Positions 62,455 through 64,000 of a stretch of 64,000 bases of DNA are shown here, piece after piece. Where the stretch lies: positions 62,001 to 126,000 of the forward strand of contig CALSCP010001656.1 of assembly GCA_943704425.1 (NCBI GenBank). Reading direction: 5' to 3'. The notes below the pieces were generated by a model. The model made no database searches. It saw only the letters and a program-made list of their open reading frames with translations, and was not told where the DNA came from. Made by a program: the position numbers and the translations under genes. Position 1 is the stretch's first letter. The number at the start of each line of letters is the position of its first letter. Source of the stretch: Ministeria vibrans ATCC 50519 (taxonomy: Eukaryota; Protista; Filasterea).

Positions 62455-64000
62455 ATGTGGGTGGTTGCATTTCTGTGCGCCCTTATGGTGGCAACGCCCG
62501 GGACGGTTGTTGCATCGTCTCGATCGCAAATGTCCACCAACTCCCTCGGCTCAATTGTCATCGAGCCGCAGAGCGGAAGCGTGGTTGTGTCAGGCAATCT
62601 TACTGTCAACGGAACCCTCTTCACTGCGCATCTTTCTGATGCGTACATCCAACAAACTGTGTTTTCGATTCTGCGGTTAGTACCACGAAAATATAATAAT
62701 AACACGAAGAAAGAACATCGGTCGCTTATGGTCGCCCCCTGTCACTGTAGGACCAAGTATCCATGCTACTCGTCCCCTTGCCAGAACGGCGCTCTCTGCC
62801 ACGAGGCGAATGAGTCATTTCAGTGCCAATGTCTTGATGGATTCAGCGGCACCACTTGCGACGTTGCTCTCGATCGATGCGCATCGTCTCCCTGCCTCAA
62901 CGGCGCTGCGTGCCATTCCTACGTGCTGGCTGCAGGCTGCAGTGCGTCAGTGATGGCAAATTGTAGCTGTGCAGCGGGCTTCACGGGTGCGCTGTGCGAG
63001 TCGCCGCTGGACGCATGTCTCTCGTCGCCTTGCCGACAGGGCGCTCAATGCATTGTCATCGAGAGCATTGCCTCCTACCACTGTATCTGTCCCACCGGCT
63101 ATACCGGTGCGCAGTGTGACGTGATTGTCGATCCGTGCGAGTCGTCGCCATGTCGAAACGGCGGTGCATGTAGCAGCGTCACCACAGGCGCTGTGCCAGG
63201 CTGGACCTACAGCTGCGTGTGCACCGCCACCGGCTACCATGGCGACACATGTGCTCTTCCCCTTGGATGCACTGTCAGCGAATGGACGAGCTGGTCGTGT
63301 AACGCCACGTGTGGCACGGGTACACAGGTGCGCTCGCGACAGTACGTTGAGGAGCCTTGCTTCGCCATTGGTGACCTGCCCGACAACGAGCCGGGCCAAG
63401 AGACAGCACTCTGCACAAGATACGAGGCGTGTTCTATCGGCCAAACATGTGCCCTCTCGCAGTGGTCCTCTTGGTCGTCTTGCGACGCCTCCATTTGTGA
63501 GAAGTTGCGCACTCGCGTCGTCGATTCGCCAGGCGTGGATTGCCAGGGCGCGCCTCTTCGCCAGCGCACTCTCTGTTCCGGTTCGTGTCTACAGTGCCCT
63601 ACCAGTGGCACGATTGTCGTCAGTGAGAACAGCGCCTACACCTTTCCCAACATTTCTTGTCCCCACTTGGTCGGTGATCTGGTGGTCGAAGGAACTTTCA
63701 CAAGCGACATTAAGAGTGCCTTTCCGTCCGCCCTCGTTGCCTTTCTTCGTGCACTCCGTAAGATCACAGGCAGCCTTACAATCCGCCAAACAAACTTTCC
63801 AAGACTCTCCCTCTTGTCAAACCTGCTCTTTGTTAACGGCTCGCTCACCATCACGTCGAACCCGTTGCTCGCGTCGCTGGCCGGACTCGACGAGCTTTCA
63901 TTGCTCGCCGGCTCACTCACTCTCGCCGACAATCCGTTGTTAGTCTCAGTCGACTCCCTCGCCTCCCTACGACACACCACGGACATGCATGTGGGCAGCC
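62455..64000 (+). CDS. Secreted/surface protein: signal peptide, N-terminal beta-rich segment, 4x EGF, 2x TSP1, receptor L-domain; runs off the window end
   Basis: MWVVAFLCALMVA; one intron (about 62676-62750); CYSSPCQNGALC, CASSPCLNG, CLSSPCRQG, CESSPCRNGG; SEWTSWSCNATCGTGTQVRSR, SQWSSWSSC; CPHLVGDLVV, LRKITGSLTI, NGSLTITSNPLLASLAGL. Confidence 0.9.
   Translation, partial: MWVVAFLCALMVATPGTVVASSRSQMSTNSLGSIVIEPQSGSVVVSGNLTVNGTLFTAHLSDAYIQQTVFSILRLVPRKYNNNTKKEHRSLMVAPCHCRTKYPCYSSPCQNGALCHEANESFQCQCLDGFSGTTCDVALDRCASSPCLNGAACHSYVLAAGCSASVMANCSCAAGFTGALCESPLDACLSSPCRQGAQCIVIESIASYHCICPTGYTGAQCDVIVDPCESSPCRNGGACSSVTTGAVPGWTYSCVCTATGYHGDTCALPLGCTVSEWTSWSCNATCGTGTQVRSRQYVEEPCFAIGDLPDNEPGQETALCTRYEACSIGQTCALSQWSSWSSCDASICEKLRTRVVDSPGVDCQGAPLRQRTLCSGSCLQCPTSGTIVVSENSAYTFPNISCPHLVGDLVVEGTFTSDIKSAFPSALVAFLRALRKITGSLTIRQTNFPRLSLLSNLLFVNGSLTITSNPLLASLAGLDELSLLAGSLTLADNPLLVSVDSLASLRHTTDMHVGS

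Noticed and set aside
63125-63943. 272-aa plus-strand ORF
   Set aside because: Alternative frame of the EGF/TSP1/L-domain gene.
1-64000. Alternative genetic code or stop readthrough; tRNA/rRNA genes
   Set aside because: The in-frame stops I checked in conserved genes fall inside GT-AG introns, and no tRNA or rRNA signatures were recognised.

Overview
Gene-dense, intron-rich eukaryotic nuclear DNA. It uses the standard code and short GT-AG introns, often filled with microsatellites, and has four N gaps. STARD3-like (MENTAL+START), SAP130-like, I-BAR+SH3 and EGF/TSP1/L-domain genes suggest a unicellular holozoan-type protist; this is an inference. I spliced about 29 protein-coding genes by hand. 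Housekeeping genes include HMG-CoA synthase, KDSR, CEPT, NECAP, EIPR1, APEX2, importin-5, calcineurin B and V-ATPase subunit a. A carbohydrate-enzyme-rich stretch at 4.9-24.4 kb holds three tandem secreted GH117/GH43-like propeller enzymes, each with an inserted PAN/apple domain, plus an MFS transporter, a pectin acetylesterase, a DUF2961 protein and a GH78 with two lectin domains. An accessory island at 49.0-53.7 kb is bracketed by a 99-bp direct repeat. It carries a membrane-anchored tankyrase-like H-Y-E PARP, two orphan small membrane proteins and decayed gene relics. The best candidates for undescribed systems are the PARP island and the PAN-inserted glycosidase array. All family calls come from motif recognition by eye, with no database searches. 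Multi-exon genes are given start codon to stop codon.
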